Source: an uncultured Spirochaetota bacterium
GTDB lineage: Bacteria > Spirochaetota > Brevinematia > Brevinematales > JAOACQ01
NCBI GenBank assembly: GCA_963835575.1
Contig: CAWIGG010000002.1
Coordinates: 1,952,001-2,016,000 of the forward strand
Direction of reading: 5' to 3'
Length of the DNA stretch: 64,000 nucleotides
Made by a program: the position numbers and the translations under genes. The notes under the pieces are model-generated. The model made no database searches. It saw only the letters and a list, made by a program, of their open reading frames with translations, and was not told the origin of the DNA. Numbering within the stretch: the first letter of the stretch is position 1; every line of letters starts with the position of its first letter. Shown one piece after another: positions 29,884-40,011 of the stretch.

Positions 29884-30297
29884 CTAAACATCCACCACGC
29901 ATTCGGCAAAAAAGATATTGTTCTTTTCATAAACTTTCAGCTGGTGATAGGTAGCCGCCTTGACTTCCGTTTTAAAAACCGCATTCTGATTTGTTTTTAT
30001 TTTCCAGCCCCGCGTTAACCCTTTTAAATGAGTTTCATTCCATTCTTCAATTATAAAATCAAACCAGATACAGTGATGCACCGCCGATTCATATAGAAGC
30101 TTATTGATAAATTGAACCAGCAGTTCTTCCCTGGACTTCGCGCTGCAATTAAACGGTCTTTCAATATCGCGGCGGAAAGAGGATAGTTCCGCCATAATGG
30201 AAAAAACGCACCTGGCCGCTTCAGAAAAGGCTTCCGGAAAACTCCCGCCGGCGCCTCTGATGCCTATATCAGCTGTATGTTCAAAGGTTTCGTACAT
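29884..30297 (-). CDS. Archease
   Basis: YETFEHTADIGI, EVKAATYH, VVDV C-terminus. Confidence 0.95.
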   Translation of the reverse strand: MYETFEHTADIGIRGAGGSFPEAFSEAARCVFSIMAELSSFRRDIERPFNCSAKSREELLVQFINKLLYESAVHHCIWFDFIIEEWNETHLKGLTRGWKIKTNQNAVFKTEVKAATYHQLKVYEKNNIFFAECVVDV

Positions 30298-31604
30298 TAT
30301 TTTTTTCCCTTCTCAAAAATATAGAAGAATTCCTGTTTTTCCGGATCCTCAATAGTGATAATAGTCATATCTTTATCCGCATTCATTTCCGCTATAATCC
30401 CATTCTCACTCATAGCCATAGGCTCATCTATTGCCTTATAACGGTAAATTTCCCTGCCTTCAGGGGAATACATAAAGAGCGTATCTATCTTTTCATATTT
30501 TCCCCGGCCGATCATATTTGTCAGTGAAAAGCCGATAAAGCCGACTTCCGGCTGGCTTCCTTTAAATTGAGGAAGGTAAATTCCCGCTGAAATATTATAG
30601 AGAGAAGCCCTTTCATTCCGGACATAATAATTCAGGCTTAAATCGTCATTGAATATCAAACTATGCAGCGGGGTCTGCTGAAATTTCTTGTTCTCAAAAT
30701 CATAGGCAAGAACGCCGTTCCGTGTTTCCAGATAAAGAAAATCATTCTTTACACGGCTTCCTATCCGGCCGCCATTAAGCCATTCCGGTTTTATTTTAAA
30801 TAAAAGATTATCTTTATTAAAACTGATATCCGGACCGGCAGGCGGAACTGAAAAATCACAATACCAGAAATTTTTGCGGTCGTTCAAGATAAGCATATCA
30901 TTTTTCCAGTTTATATTTCTTGCTTCTTTTGCGAAAGCTGTCATGGCGCCGTTATCCGTTTTATAAACGCAGGCAATGTATTTTCCTTTTACGCTGAATA
31001 CAACGGCAAGATAATCGGCGTCGTCCGAGAATTTCATCTCAACAAAATCAAAAGCCTCATCATTAAAACTTCCCAGATAGACAGATTTGCCTGATGAGAA
31101 ATTATAGAGCGTCATGTTATTAATATTCCCGGCATTCGTAAAGACGCCTTTTAAAAGGAATAAATCGCTCCTGGGCGACGGATAGAACTCCTGGAATTCC
31201 GCCGCATTCCGGGCGGATTCTATAGCTCTGTCTGTTATATTATATTTTACCATCAGGCCGTCTTTATGATAAAAGAGATAGTATTTTTTATCTTCTTTTA
31301 CAATCTTACGCGAGAGGACATCTTTCGACTTGACGTTAGAAAAAAGATCCGGATAAAAGTCTAAATACTCGGTCCTGATCCTTCCGGTTTTATTATTGAT
31401 GCTGACCCGGCTGTAATCACCCTGCTTTTTATCAATCTCAACTACACTTCCAGGGATAAGCGCAATCGCATTCTCTTTATTTACGGTATTATCCGGCTCA
31501 AGCACGGCATCCCAGGAATTGACAGTGGCGAGTTGTGAAAACATAACGTTAGCATAAAAAGCTGTCATAATAAAAAAGTAAAGACTAACTTTCCATTTTT
31601 TCAT
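30297..31604 (-). CDS. Exported protein with N-terminal SH3-like domain and beta-rich C-terminus
   Basis: Signal peptide; GSVVEIDKKQGDYSRV...TGRI..EYL. Confidence 0.6.
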   Translation of the reverse strand: MKKWKVSLYFFIMTAFYANVMFSQLATVNSWDAVLEPDNTVNKENAIALIPGSVVEIDKKQGDYSRVSINNKTGRIRTEYLDFYPDLFSNVKSKDVLSRKIVKEDKKYYLFYHKDGLMVKYNITDRAIESARNAAEFQEFYPSPRSDLFLLKGVFTNAGNINNMTLYNFSSGKSVYLGSFNDEAFDFVEMKFSDDADYLAVVFSVKGKYIACVYKTDNGAMTAFAKEARNINWKNDMLILNDRKNFWYCDFSVPPAGPDISFNKDNLLFKIKPEWLNGGRIGSRVKNDFLYLETRNGVLAYDFENKKFQQTPLHSLIFNDDLSLNYYVRNERASLYNISAGIYLPQFKGSQPEVGFIGFSLTNMIGRGKYEKIDTLFMYSPEGREIYRYKAIDEPMAMSENGIIAEMNADKDMTIITIEDPEKQEFFYIFEKGKK

Positions 31605-33726
31605 AACCGCATCCTTCTTTTAAACACAAAATTTTTAACCTGCCTTTTTCCTTCTGAGCAAAAAGAGCGCTTCCGCACTGCGGGCACGCCTGAGGTGTGT
31701 CCCCGATTTCCGCGGGCTTTAAAAAGCTCACAAAATCGCAGTTCGGATAGTTTGTACACCCGCAAAACGCCCGTTTTCTTTTGCCTTTTTTCAAAACGGC
31801 ATAACCGGCCGCGCATTTCGGGCATTTTCCCAGCGGAAGGGGTTTGGCGTTCCGGCATTCAGGCCAGCCGGAGCATGCCAGAAAAAGCCCGTACTTGCCG
31901 AGCTTCTTGATCATCTTTCTGCCGCATTTCTCGCAGACAAAATCCGTCTCTTCATCGAAGCTTCCTTTGATGCTGTCTATATGTTCATAAGCCTTATTGA
32001 GTACCGGCTGAAAAGCGTCGTAAAAATCACCGACAACGCTTTTCCATTTCTTTTTCCCGTCTTCCACTTCATCCAGTTCCTCTTCCATTTCCGCCGTAAA
32101 ATTGATGTTGATCAGCTCCGGAAAATTTTCCACCAGAAGTTTATTGACGGATTTCCCCAGAAAAGTCGGGACAAGGCTGCGTCCGTCCTTCTTTATATAA
32201 TAGCGCTTGGTCAGCGTGAATATTGTCGGCGCGTATGTCGAAGGCCGGCCTATGCCGAGTTCTTCCATCGATTTGACAAGGGAAGCTTCCGAATAACGCG
32301 CGGGAGGCTTTGTGAATTTTTGTTCTTTATGAATTTCACTGATATCAAGCCTGTCGCCGGCGGCAAGCCCCTGCGGCAGTTCTTTTTCTTTAGCGGCCTT
32401 ATATATGTCATAAACCTTCAGAAAACCGTCAAAAACCAGTTTTGTGCTGCTCGCCGTCAGGAGCTTATCGCCGTTCTGCACTTCCACGGTTATCTGCTCG
32501 GACTGTGATGGCGCCATCTGCGAAGCGGCGAAGCACTTCCAGATGAGGGAATATATCTTAAACTGCTCCGGCGTCAGATAGCTTTTTATTTCCTCCGGAT
32601 GATAATGCACATGGACGGGACGTACGGCTTCGTGCGCGTCCTGAGAGCTTTTTTTGTTGGAAAAATGGTTCGGGGACTGCGGCAGATAATTAAGGCCGTA
32701 GCGCTCCTCAATATATTTTCTGGCCTCTCCGATCGCAACCGGAGAAACTCTGGTTGAATCCGTTCTCATATAGGTGATGAGGCCTGTCCTTGTTTTACCG
32801 ATGTCGATGCCTTCATACAGCTGCTGGGCAATCATCATGGTCCTCATGGATGGAAAGCCGTAAAGATTGTTGGCGGCCTGCTGAAGCGTACTGGTGATAA
32901 ACGGAGGATACGAAGAGCGGCTGAGGGCTTTTTGCTTAATGTCCTTTATGACCGATTCGTTTTCACGCAGTTCTTTTTCAATCCGGTTTGCCGATGCTTC
33001 ATCCGGGACTTCGGCCTTCTTTCCGTTTATTTTTGCAAGTTCCGCGCTGAAAGTGTCTTTATCTTTTTTCAAATCCGCGGTGATATCCCAGTATTCCAGG
33101 GGAATAAAACTTTCTATCTCGCTTTCCCTTTCACAGATAAGCCTCAACGCAATGGATTGTACCCGTCCGGCCGAAAGTTTTGATTTTACTTTTTTCCAAA
33201 GGAGCGGGCTCAGCTGATAGCCGAAAATACGGTCGATCACCCTTCTTCCCTGCTGGGCGTTCACCAGTTTTTCGTCAATATCCTCTGTATGGCGGATCTG
33301 TTCCACTATTTCCTCGCTGGTAATTTCATTAAATTTGACGCGCTTGATCAGTATCTGCCTGTCTTTGACCTTCGGAAGCACATTTTTTTCGAAATCGTTT
33401 TTAATATGCCAGGCTATGGCTTCGCCTTCGCGGTCAGGATCGGAGGCAAGGATCACTTCGCTTGAGTTTTTGGCCGATTCCCTCAGTTCTTTGATTATTT
33501 TGTATTTATCGCGCATGATGATATAATCAGGGTCGAACGTTTCCAGGTTGACGCCCATTCTCGATTTCGGCAGGTCAATGACATGACCTACCGAAGCCTT
33601 GACTTCATAATCCTTTCCGAGGTATTTTTTTATTGTCGAAGCCTTGGAAGGGGATTCCACAATAACCAGCTTCTTTAATTTTTCTTTTTTTTCTTCTTTT
33701 TTCTTCCGAGCCGCAGCAGCACTCAC
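31585..33726 (-). CDS. topA: DNA topoisomerase I
   Basis: IVESPSKA, DPDREGEAI, SAGRVQS, ITYMRTDS, GIGRPSTY, C-terminal zinc ribbons. Confidence 0.98.
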   Translation of the reverse strand: MSAAAARKKKEEKKEKLKKLVIVESPSKASTIKKYLGKDYEVKASVGHVIDLPKSRMGVNLETFDPDYIIMRDKYKIIKELRESAKNSSEVILASDPDREGEAIAWHIKNDFEKNVLPKVKDRQILIKRVKFNEITSEEIVEQIRHTEDIDEKLVNAQQGRRVIDRIFGYQLSPLLWKKVKSKLSAGRVQSIALRLICERESEIESFIPLEYWDITADLKKDKDTFSAELAKINGKKAEVPDEASANRIEKELRENESVIKDIKQKALSRSSYPPFITSTLQQAANNLYGFPSMRTMMIAQQLYEGIDIGKTRTGLITYMRTDSTRVSPVAIGEARKYIEERYGLNYLPQSPNHFSNKKSSQDAHEAVRPVHVHYHPEEIKSYLTPEQFKIYSLIWKCFAASQMAPSQSEQITVEVQNGDKLLTASSTKLVFDGFLKVYDIYKAAKEKELPQGLAAGDRLDISEIHKEQKFTKPPARYSEASLVKSMEELGIGRPSTYAPTIFTLTKRYYIKKDGRSLVPTFLGKSVNKLLVENFPELININFTAEMEEELDEVEDGKKKWKSVVGDFYDAFQPVLNKAYEHIDSIKGSFDEETDFVCEKCGRKMIKKLGKYGLFLACSGWPECRNAKPLPLGKCPKCAAGYAVLKKGKRKRAFCGCTNYPNCDFVSFLKPAEIGDTPQACPQCGSALFAQKEKGRLKILCLKEGCGYEKMES

Positions 33727-33902
33727 AATTTTATCTCCCTATAGCCGTATTTACAGGCTATTATTTTAACAGAACAACAAGGAAACTCAAATAATTTAAA
33801 CCTAATTTAGCGATTTTTTATCATAACTGCTTATTTTAGAGTAAAATATATATGCAATTTATAAATAAAGAATAAATCGCTTATTTCAGGTTAAAAGCAA
33901 TA

Positions 33903-34583
33903 TCATAAACGGGGCACTAAATGCCCCAGTTTTTTTATTTCTTCCTCATCAAAGTAATGTATTTCTTTTCCGGAAAGGCCGGCAAAATAAAACATTTTAC
34001 AGTATTTTTCGAGAAGCTCAAGCAGGGAAAATGCCTCGAATAGGTTCCTTCCATAAGTAAAACTTCCATGCCTGTCGATAACCAGAACCTGAGTGCCTTT
34101 CGAATATTTCCCGGCGATGAGCGCTCCTTCTCCGGTAGAAGGCCTGGCATAAGGCGCGAAAACGGTATTTTTGAGAAATATCGCGGCTTCCGCCAGGCAG
34201 ATTTTTTCAAACGGTTTCAATCCGGTCGCTGTACAGAGGAGCGTATAGAACGGATGGGCATGAATGACCGCCTCAACATCGGGATTCTGTCTGTAAATTT
34301 CAAGATGCGTTGAGGATTCGGTCGAAGGAGAATACTCTCCTTTCAATTTTTTCCCTTTTCCATCAATTTCAACAATATCATGCGGACCGAGAAATTTCTT
34401 TATGATGCGCGAAGGGGTCATCAAAAAGAAGTTGTCGGATATTTTGACGCTGATATTCCCCTCCAATGCCGTCACATATCCCCTGTCATAAAGAAGGCGG
34501 GCATAGCGGGCCGTCTCTTTCCTGATTCTTCCGTATTTCATCTCTATCCTTCCGTTCTCGTAATATGAACTAATATTAAACAT
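33903..34583 (-). CDS. Class II aldolase/adducin family protein
   Basis: EGNIS, TPS, PSTE...H, HAH, RHG. Confidence 0.9.
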   Translation of the reverse strand: MFNISSYYENGRIEMKYGRIRKETARYARLLYDRGYVTALEGNISVKISDNFFLMTPSRIIKKFLGPHDIVEIDGKGKKLKGEYSPSTESSTHLEIYRQNPDVEAVIHAHPFYTLLCTATGLKPFEKICLAEAAIFLKNTVFAPYARPSTGEGALIAGKYSKGTQVLVIDRHGSFTYGRNLFEAFSLLELLEKYCKMFYFAGLSGKEIHYFDEEEIKKLGHLVPRL

Positions 34584-34708
34584 GCATTGCTGAAAAATGT
34601 CAATAGAAACCGGAATAAGAATCCATGAAACAGAGTTTTTTTTACTTTTAGGGCAGGGCCCATCACCCGGAAATAAGTATTTCCGTTATGATTAAATAAT
34701 AGAATTAT

Positions 34709-34912
34709 GGGCAGTTCCAAAAACTAAAAATTTATCAGATATTTCCACAATAAGTTTTGGAACTGCCCCGGTTAAAGAATTCCTTCTAAATGCAAATGGC
34801 GCTACCGTATAGAGTTCGCTGGTCGGCTTTCTTTTCAGACAGCGAACTCGAGCGGTAGCATGAACTCATACAATAGTGGCAGTTCTAAATATTTGAGTTT
34901 TTAGAACTGCCC
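34709..34912. repeat. Composite palindromic element, second copy
   Basis: Right part matches 1631-1784; left cassette matches 12810-12859. Confidence 0.85.
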
Positions 34913-34981
34913 TTATATCATGCAATTAAAAATAGTCTTATTCCGTCTCATAAAACATAATATCACATAAGGAGGAATATT

Positions 34982-35380
34982 ATGAAAAAAGTAATTATCA
35001 TCATTACGGCCGTCATTGTAGTGATTCTGGGGACAATGGGATTTTTTGTAGTCCGGATGAAGCAAATGGTCAAAGTCATTAACACCGAATATTCCAGGAT
35101 AACTAATATTGATTTGAAAGGCGTGTCAAATGGGGTATATACCGGAAGCTTCGGCGATTTTGCCGTATCGGTCAATCTTGAGACTACGGTGAAAGACCAC
35201 AAGATTACAGATATCAAGATAATCAAGCAGTCATCCGGCAAAGGATATGAAGCGCGCGACATTGTAAAACGCATACTTAATGCGCAGACAACTCATGTCG
35301 ACGCCGTCACCGGCGCCACAATGAGCAGCAAGTGCATCATGATCGCCGTTAATAAGGCCCTTCAGAGTAAGCCGGAATAG
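34982..35380 (+). CDS. FMN-binding (flavinylation target) membrane-anchored protein
   Basis: NGVYTGS, VDAVTGATMSS motif, N-terminal TM. Confidence 0.88.
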   Translation: MKKVIIIITAVIVVILGTMGFFVVRMKQMVKVINTEYSRITNIDLKGVSNGVYTGSFGDFAVSVNLETTVKDHKITDIKIIKQSSGKGYEARDIVKRILNAQTTHVDAVTGATMSSKCIMIAVNKALQSKPE

Positions 35381-35868
35381 CTTTTTAAAAAAACAGAAAA
35401 GCGGTATAGAGCATATTTATACATATTTGTGAGTTTAAAGGGTGGTTTCCCTGAAACGCTTTATTGTAACCCAATTTTTTTGCTGAAATGTTTCAGGTTA
35501 TTCATTTTTTTATCTCTGCATATGCCGGCTGAGAAAAACCGGTAAAAGCATACATTAATAATTTCTCTGCGCTGATCTTCAGTCCTATACCTACCCAGGA
35601 ACAGAAAATAACACTATTTCCGAAAACAATGGCTTAAAGCTTTCTGATGTTCTATAGGGTAATAAAAATGATTTCTAAAAGCCGCATAATAAGTCAGGCG
35701 GCTGATCGCCTGAAAAGAAAATTATTTAGGGTTTACTGAAAAATTCGTAATTTATTGTTAGGAAATAAATTGGGCCAAATAATTAGATTGAAAAGTGCAA
35801 GAGTTTCAAGTAAAAACACTGAAAAACCTTGCATTTTTGTATTCGTTTTTCACACAGAGCCCACAGAC

Positions 35869-37567
35869 AGACTGTGTGAAAAAAGAGAATACATTTATAA
35901 GATCAGGCATCTAAAGGTTCCTGCTTACTTTAAAGAAGAGCCTGAATAAAAAATTACTGATAATCATTGAAATTCAGACTATATTGCGGCTAATAACTTA
36001 TCAAAACCAGCAATATTCAGAACTCTTTTAAAATTATAGATAAATGCCGTGAAATTAAACTCGCTTTTTACTTTATCAATCCCCTTCAGCAAGAAATTAT
36101 TATAACCAAAATTTCCTTTTATTGTTCCAAATGGATGTTCTGCCAACTCTTTTCTGATTGCAACAATCTTTTGCCCCAATTCACTTCGGACCTTCTCATC
36201 GAATTTATCCATATCTTCCTTTCGCACCGATAACTTTACCGTCCTGCCTTCTTTGCTTTTTGTGCATAAATGCTTCTTCTCACAATTCTCGTTCCTGCAC
36301 TTGAATTCCGCTACAGTAATCCCCGTGTTTTTATCCTGATATACACTTTGATTATTTAATCGTAATCCTTGCGGACAAATCAACTGGTTCTTCTCTTTAT
36401 CAATCTTGAAATCTTCTGCCAGATATCCTTTTGCCGGGATACTTTCTTTCTGCTGCTCTTTGTACCTGGACTTTTTTTCTTTTTCATCGCGCGGGCTTGG
36501 AATATAGATTTCATGACCCCCGTCTGTAAGCGGTAATATCTCACTTTCGCAATAATATCCGGCATCCAGGACATGTATGGTTTTTAATCCCGGTTCGGCT
36601 TCAAGTTCTTTCTTTATTTCTTCAACTTTATTAACCATATTTCCCGCTTGATGAACATCATTACTTTCATTGGTTACATCCACCGCGACAATCAATTTAT
36701 TCTTTTCGTCCACTGCTATCTGCGCGTTGTACAAAACATCCGTTTTCCCTTTATCTTTCCCAATTCTGCCGTCGGGATCATTCCCGTAAACGATTTCAAG
36801 TTCCGGATCGGCCTCAAACATTTTTTTTATCGCTTCTACTTTTTCTTTTCTTGTCTTGAGGCTGTCCAGCTTTTTTTCAATGTTGCTGGATAAAAACTCA
36901 AACTCGTTTTCTTCCGATTTATCATTTTTATCCAATTCCAAAAGATATTTGTCTATTTTTTCATTAATCTTTTTCTCAACTCCTTCAATGCTTTCCCGCC
37001 TATAAATATTACCCAGACTGTTTTGCCCACTTATTTTCGTTCCATCTGTCGCTGTTAATTTAAATGTCAGCAGTTCTAATTTGCGGCATACTTTCAAAAA
37101 CTCTTTGAAAATGTTTTTTATGCCCTTAATATTATCCCTTCTGAAATCCGCTATGGTCTTAAAATCAGGCGCTAAGCGGCAGGTCAGCCATATCAGTTCC
37201 GTATTCCTTTTACATTCGTTTTCTAATTTCCTCGTGGTCCTGACTTTGTTCAAATATCCGTAAATATATATTTTCAACAATACATCCGCTGTGTAGGATG
37301 GACGCCCTTTTTTCGCCTCTTTAATTTTGAATCCCAACCTCCTGATGTTTAGTCTGCTCACATATGCGTCTATAATTCTTACAGGGTTCTTCTCTTCTAT
37401 CAAACCATCAATAGTTTCCGCGTAAAGTACTATCTGGTCTCTTGGCTCTCCTGTTATATGGTTCATCTTACACACCTCAAATTTGATTACATATTATACC
37501 TTATTAAAATAAATTTGAGGATTTTTCTCCGCCTTTATTGTCTTACACCGCCTTTTTCACACAGTCT
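35869..37567 (-). mobile_element. IS1182-family insertion sequence (about 1.7 kb; ends uncertain by 1-3 bp)
   Basis: IR AGACTGTGTGAAAAA / TTTTTCACACAGTCT; flanks are inverted rather than direct repeats. Confidence 0.88.
35979..37475 (-). CDS. IS1182-family transposase
   Basis: GRPSY..LLKIYIYGY, PDFKTIADFR, DGTKI, YNAQIAVD, DAGY, EHPFGTIK. Confidence 0.95.
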   Translation of the reverse strand: MCKMNHITGEPRDQIVLYAETIDGLIEEKNPVRIIDAYVSRLNIRRLGFKIKEAKKGRPSYTADVLLKIYIYGYLNKVRTTRKLENECKRNTELIWLTCRLAPDFKTIADFRRDNIKGIKNIFKEFLKVCRKLELLTFKLTATDGTKISGQNSLGNIYRRESIEGVEKKINEKIDKYLLELDKNDKSEENEFEFLSSNIEKKLDSLKTRKEKVEAIKKMFEADPELEIVYGNDPDGRIGKDKGKTDVLYNAQIAVDEKNKLIVAVDVTNESNDVHQAGNMVNKVEEIKKELEAEPGLKTIHVLDAGYYCESEILPLTDGGHEIYIPSPRDEKEKKSRYKEQQKESIPAKGYLAEDFKIDKEKNQLICPQGLRLNNQSVYQDKNTGITVAEFKCRNENCEKKHLCTKSKEGRTVKLSVRKEDMDKFDEKVRSELGQKIVAIRKELAEHPFGTIKGNFGYNNFLLKGIDKVKSEFNFTAFIYNFKRVLNIAGFDKLLAAI

Positions 37568-37701
37568 GTCTGTGAGCTCAGTGTGAAACTTTATTTTTTT
37601 TGAGTTTTTCAGCAAGCCCTATTTACAGATAATCATCATTCCTACCGATTCTTAATTAGTGAAATAATATAGAGCGGTTCAAAAAGAAAAAGGATTTATT
37701 T

Positions 37702-38964
37702 ATGCCCGCTGGAAATGTGTTAATCGGCAGACAGCCGATCCTGGACGTTAATCAGAACATCATAGCGTTCGAGCTTTTGTTCCGGAGCGAAAATGAAAGC
37801 GCGGGCGAGGCTTTTGACAATCTGTCCGCCACTGCCAGCGTGCTCGTAAATGTATTGAACAATTTAGGCATCAATAAACTTCTGGGGGATAAGCTCGGCT
37901 TTATTAATGTCAATGAGGAAATCATCAAAAAAAATATCCTGAAGCCCCTGCAGAGAGAGCGTTTTGTTCTGGAGATCCTCGAATCGACAAAAATCGATCA
38001 GGAGTTTTTAAACTCTGCGGGAATCATGAAACAGGAAGGCTATACATTCGCTCTTGATGACTTTGTTTTCGATGCCCGGACAATAAAACGTTTTGAAGCC
38101 CTTTTTAATATACTTTCCTATGTTAAAGTCGATGTCAAGCTCAATACGCATGAAATGATCACTTCAAAGCTGAATATTTTCAAACCCTATCCCGTGGATT
38201 ATCTGGCGGAAAAAATTGAGAATATGGAAGAGTTCGACTTCTATAAAAAATCCGGTTTTAAATATTTTCAGGGTTATTTCTTCTCCAAACCGGCAATAAT
38301 CAAAGGGCGCGGCATTGACCCGCGTAAACTGGCCATCATGGAAATCATCAATTTGATCTTTGAGGACTCCGATATAGAAAAACTGGAAAGCACATTTAAG
38401 AAATACCCCGAAATGACCATTAACCTGCTGGAGTTCATTAATTCAGCCTCAATAGGGAGCAGGAACCGGATTGAATCCGTCAGGCAGGCCCTGGCGCTCC
38501 TCGGACACAGACAGCTCATGAACTGGATGATACTGATGGAATACGCATTCAAGAAAGAAAGTTTGGAAGGCAATCCTCTTCTTTTCTCGGCGATCGAGAG
38601 GGCAAAAACCATGGAAATCCTTCTCAGAACCATAAAAAAAGATATCGGCCGTACGCTTCTGGAAGAAGCCTATCTGACGGGGCTGCTTTCGCTCATGGAC
38701 GCCCTTTTCCAGGCGCCTATGGAAGAGATCCTGCCCAGGCTGAATTTAAGCCCTGATATTACCGATGCCCTGCTGGGGCATAATAATCTCCTGGGGAAAC
38801 TACTGCTTATCGTGAAGAATAACGAGGAGGATAATTTCAAAGTCATTACCTCTTTGTTAAAAGAGATTGAAATGTCCATGGAAGATTATACCCGGGCATC
38901 CCTTCAGGCATACTGCTCGACACATGAAAGCGAAGCTCTCTACAGCCGGAACTCTGACTTATAA
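37702..38964 (+). CDS. EAL-HDOD protein (YuxH/PdeH-like c-di-GMP phosphodiesterase)
   Basis: RQPI, FELLFR, ALDDF, LAEKIE, FQGYFF; INSA and TGLLSLMDAL HDOD motifs. Confidence 0.92.
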   Translation: MPAGNVLIGRQPILDVNQNIIAFELLFRSENESAGEAFDNLSATASVLVNVLNNLGINKLLGDKLGFINVNEEIIKKNILKPLQRERFVLEILESTKIDQEFLNSAGIMKQEGYTFALDDFVFDARTIKRFEALFNILSYVKVDVKLNTHEMITSKLNIFKPYPVDYLAEKIENMEEFDFYKKSGFKYFQGYFFSKPAIIKGRGIDPRKLAIMEIINLIFEDSDIEKLESTFKKYPEMTINLLEFINSASIGSRNRIESVRQALALLGHRQLMNWMILMEYAFKKESLEGNPLLFSAIERAKTMEILLRTIKKDIGRTLLEEAYLTGLLSLMDALFQAPMEEILPRLNLSPDITDALLGHNNLLGKLLLIVKNNEEDNFKVITSLLKEIEMSMEDYTRASLQAYCSTHESEALYSRNSDL

Positions 38965-39139
38965 AAGAACTCAGGATTAACAGCCTTCATCCCTCAAATT
39001 CACATTTATCAGGATCTCGCCGGCTGGGCGGATAAAGAAAATCTTTTAATACCGGAAAATTTAATACTTCCCGGCGAGAGTTCCATTTTTTGCATATTTT
39101 TTCTGTTTTGAATAAAATATCCGGACAGCTGTCTATTAA

Positions 39140-39883
39140 ATGAACGGTATATTCATTCTGCTTAATAACCGTTCAATGGGAAGTTTTATCATGAAAAATA
39201 ATTTTTTTGAGAAAATAAAAAAATCCAATTTCCTGCAAGGGATCGAAAAATTTTTATTAGGAAAGGGAATGGCATATGGATTTATTGCAGCTATCATAAT
39301 AACCATTATCAGCAGCGTGAGCTCAATATTATATACTCAGAATCTTTATAACGGCCTGAAGGTAAATGAAAATGACCAGATGGGGGCGAATTATATCCTG
39401 GACGCCAGAATTGACCTTTTAAAGATTGAACAGAACCATAAGAATTTATTGATCTGCGATGATACAAAAGCTTCTGCGGCTTACCTGGCGCAGATTAACA
39501 GTTTAAAGTCCGGAATTCTCCTTGATTTGAACAAAGCGGACCCGACTTTCCTCCACAAAAAGGGCAGGGAATTTCTGGAAGACGCGAAAAAGCTTTCGGA
39601 TAATTATATGAAAGACCTGGACCATTTGATCTCCCTGGTTAAAATGAACAGCATAGCATCGGCGCGCCGTTTTTCCCTGACATATGTTTCTTCAAACTAT
39701 ACGCAGTTGGACAGCGTCCTCAATAGAATGGACAATTTCAAACAGGACAGAAATCTCCAGTTCTATAAAACCGTAATTGTCATCTACCAGATCAATTTAT
39801 CGATCATGATCATGATCTTAATCACGACATTGACGGCACGGGTCCTGCTTTTTGTCAACCGTAGAAAAAAAACGGCGGTTTAG
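39140..39883 (+). CDS. Stand-alone four-helix-bundle (4HB_MCP-like) sensor with two TM helices and no signalling domain
   Basis: TM-helical periplasmic domain-TM; ends RRKKTAV*; true start may be MKNN. Confidence 0.65.
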   Translation: MNGIFILLNNRSMGSFIMKNNFFEKIKKSNFLQGIEKFLLGKGMAYGFIAAIIITIISSVSSILYTQNLYNGLKVNENDQMGANYILDARIDLLKIEQNHKNLLICDDTKASAAYLAQINSLKSGILLDLNKADPTFLHKKGREFLEDAKKLSDNYMKDLDHLISLVKMNSIASARRFSLTYVSSNYTQLDSVLNRMDNFKQDRNLQFYKTVIVIYQINLSIMIMILITTLTARVLLFVNRRKKTAV

Positions 39884-40011
39884 TAAATCGTCATCTTCAT
39901 TTTTCAGTACAATCTGTCGATTATGTTTATCATCTTCATCGCCATACAGGCAATGAGAATCGAGCTGTTCCAAATACAATAATTTTATTAGACATTTCAG
40001 GGAGGCAATGA

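Larger units (their letters stand above)
35728..37620. mobile_element. MITE-like element carrying a nested IS1182
   Basis: Ends AGGGTTTACTGAAAAA / TTTTTCAGCAAGCCCT; homologous to 18661-18949. Confidence 0.85.

Noticed and set aside
35400..35720. Possible gene remnant on the minus strand
   Set aside because: Short frames with stops and no recognisable motif.
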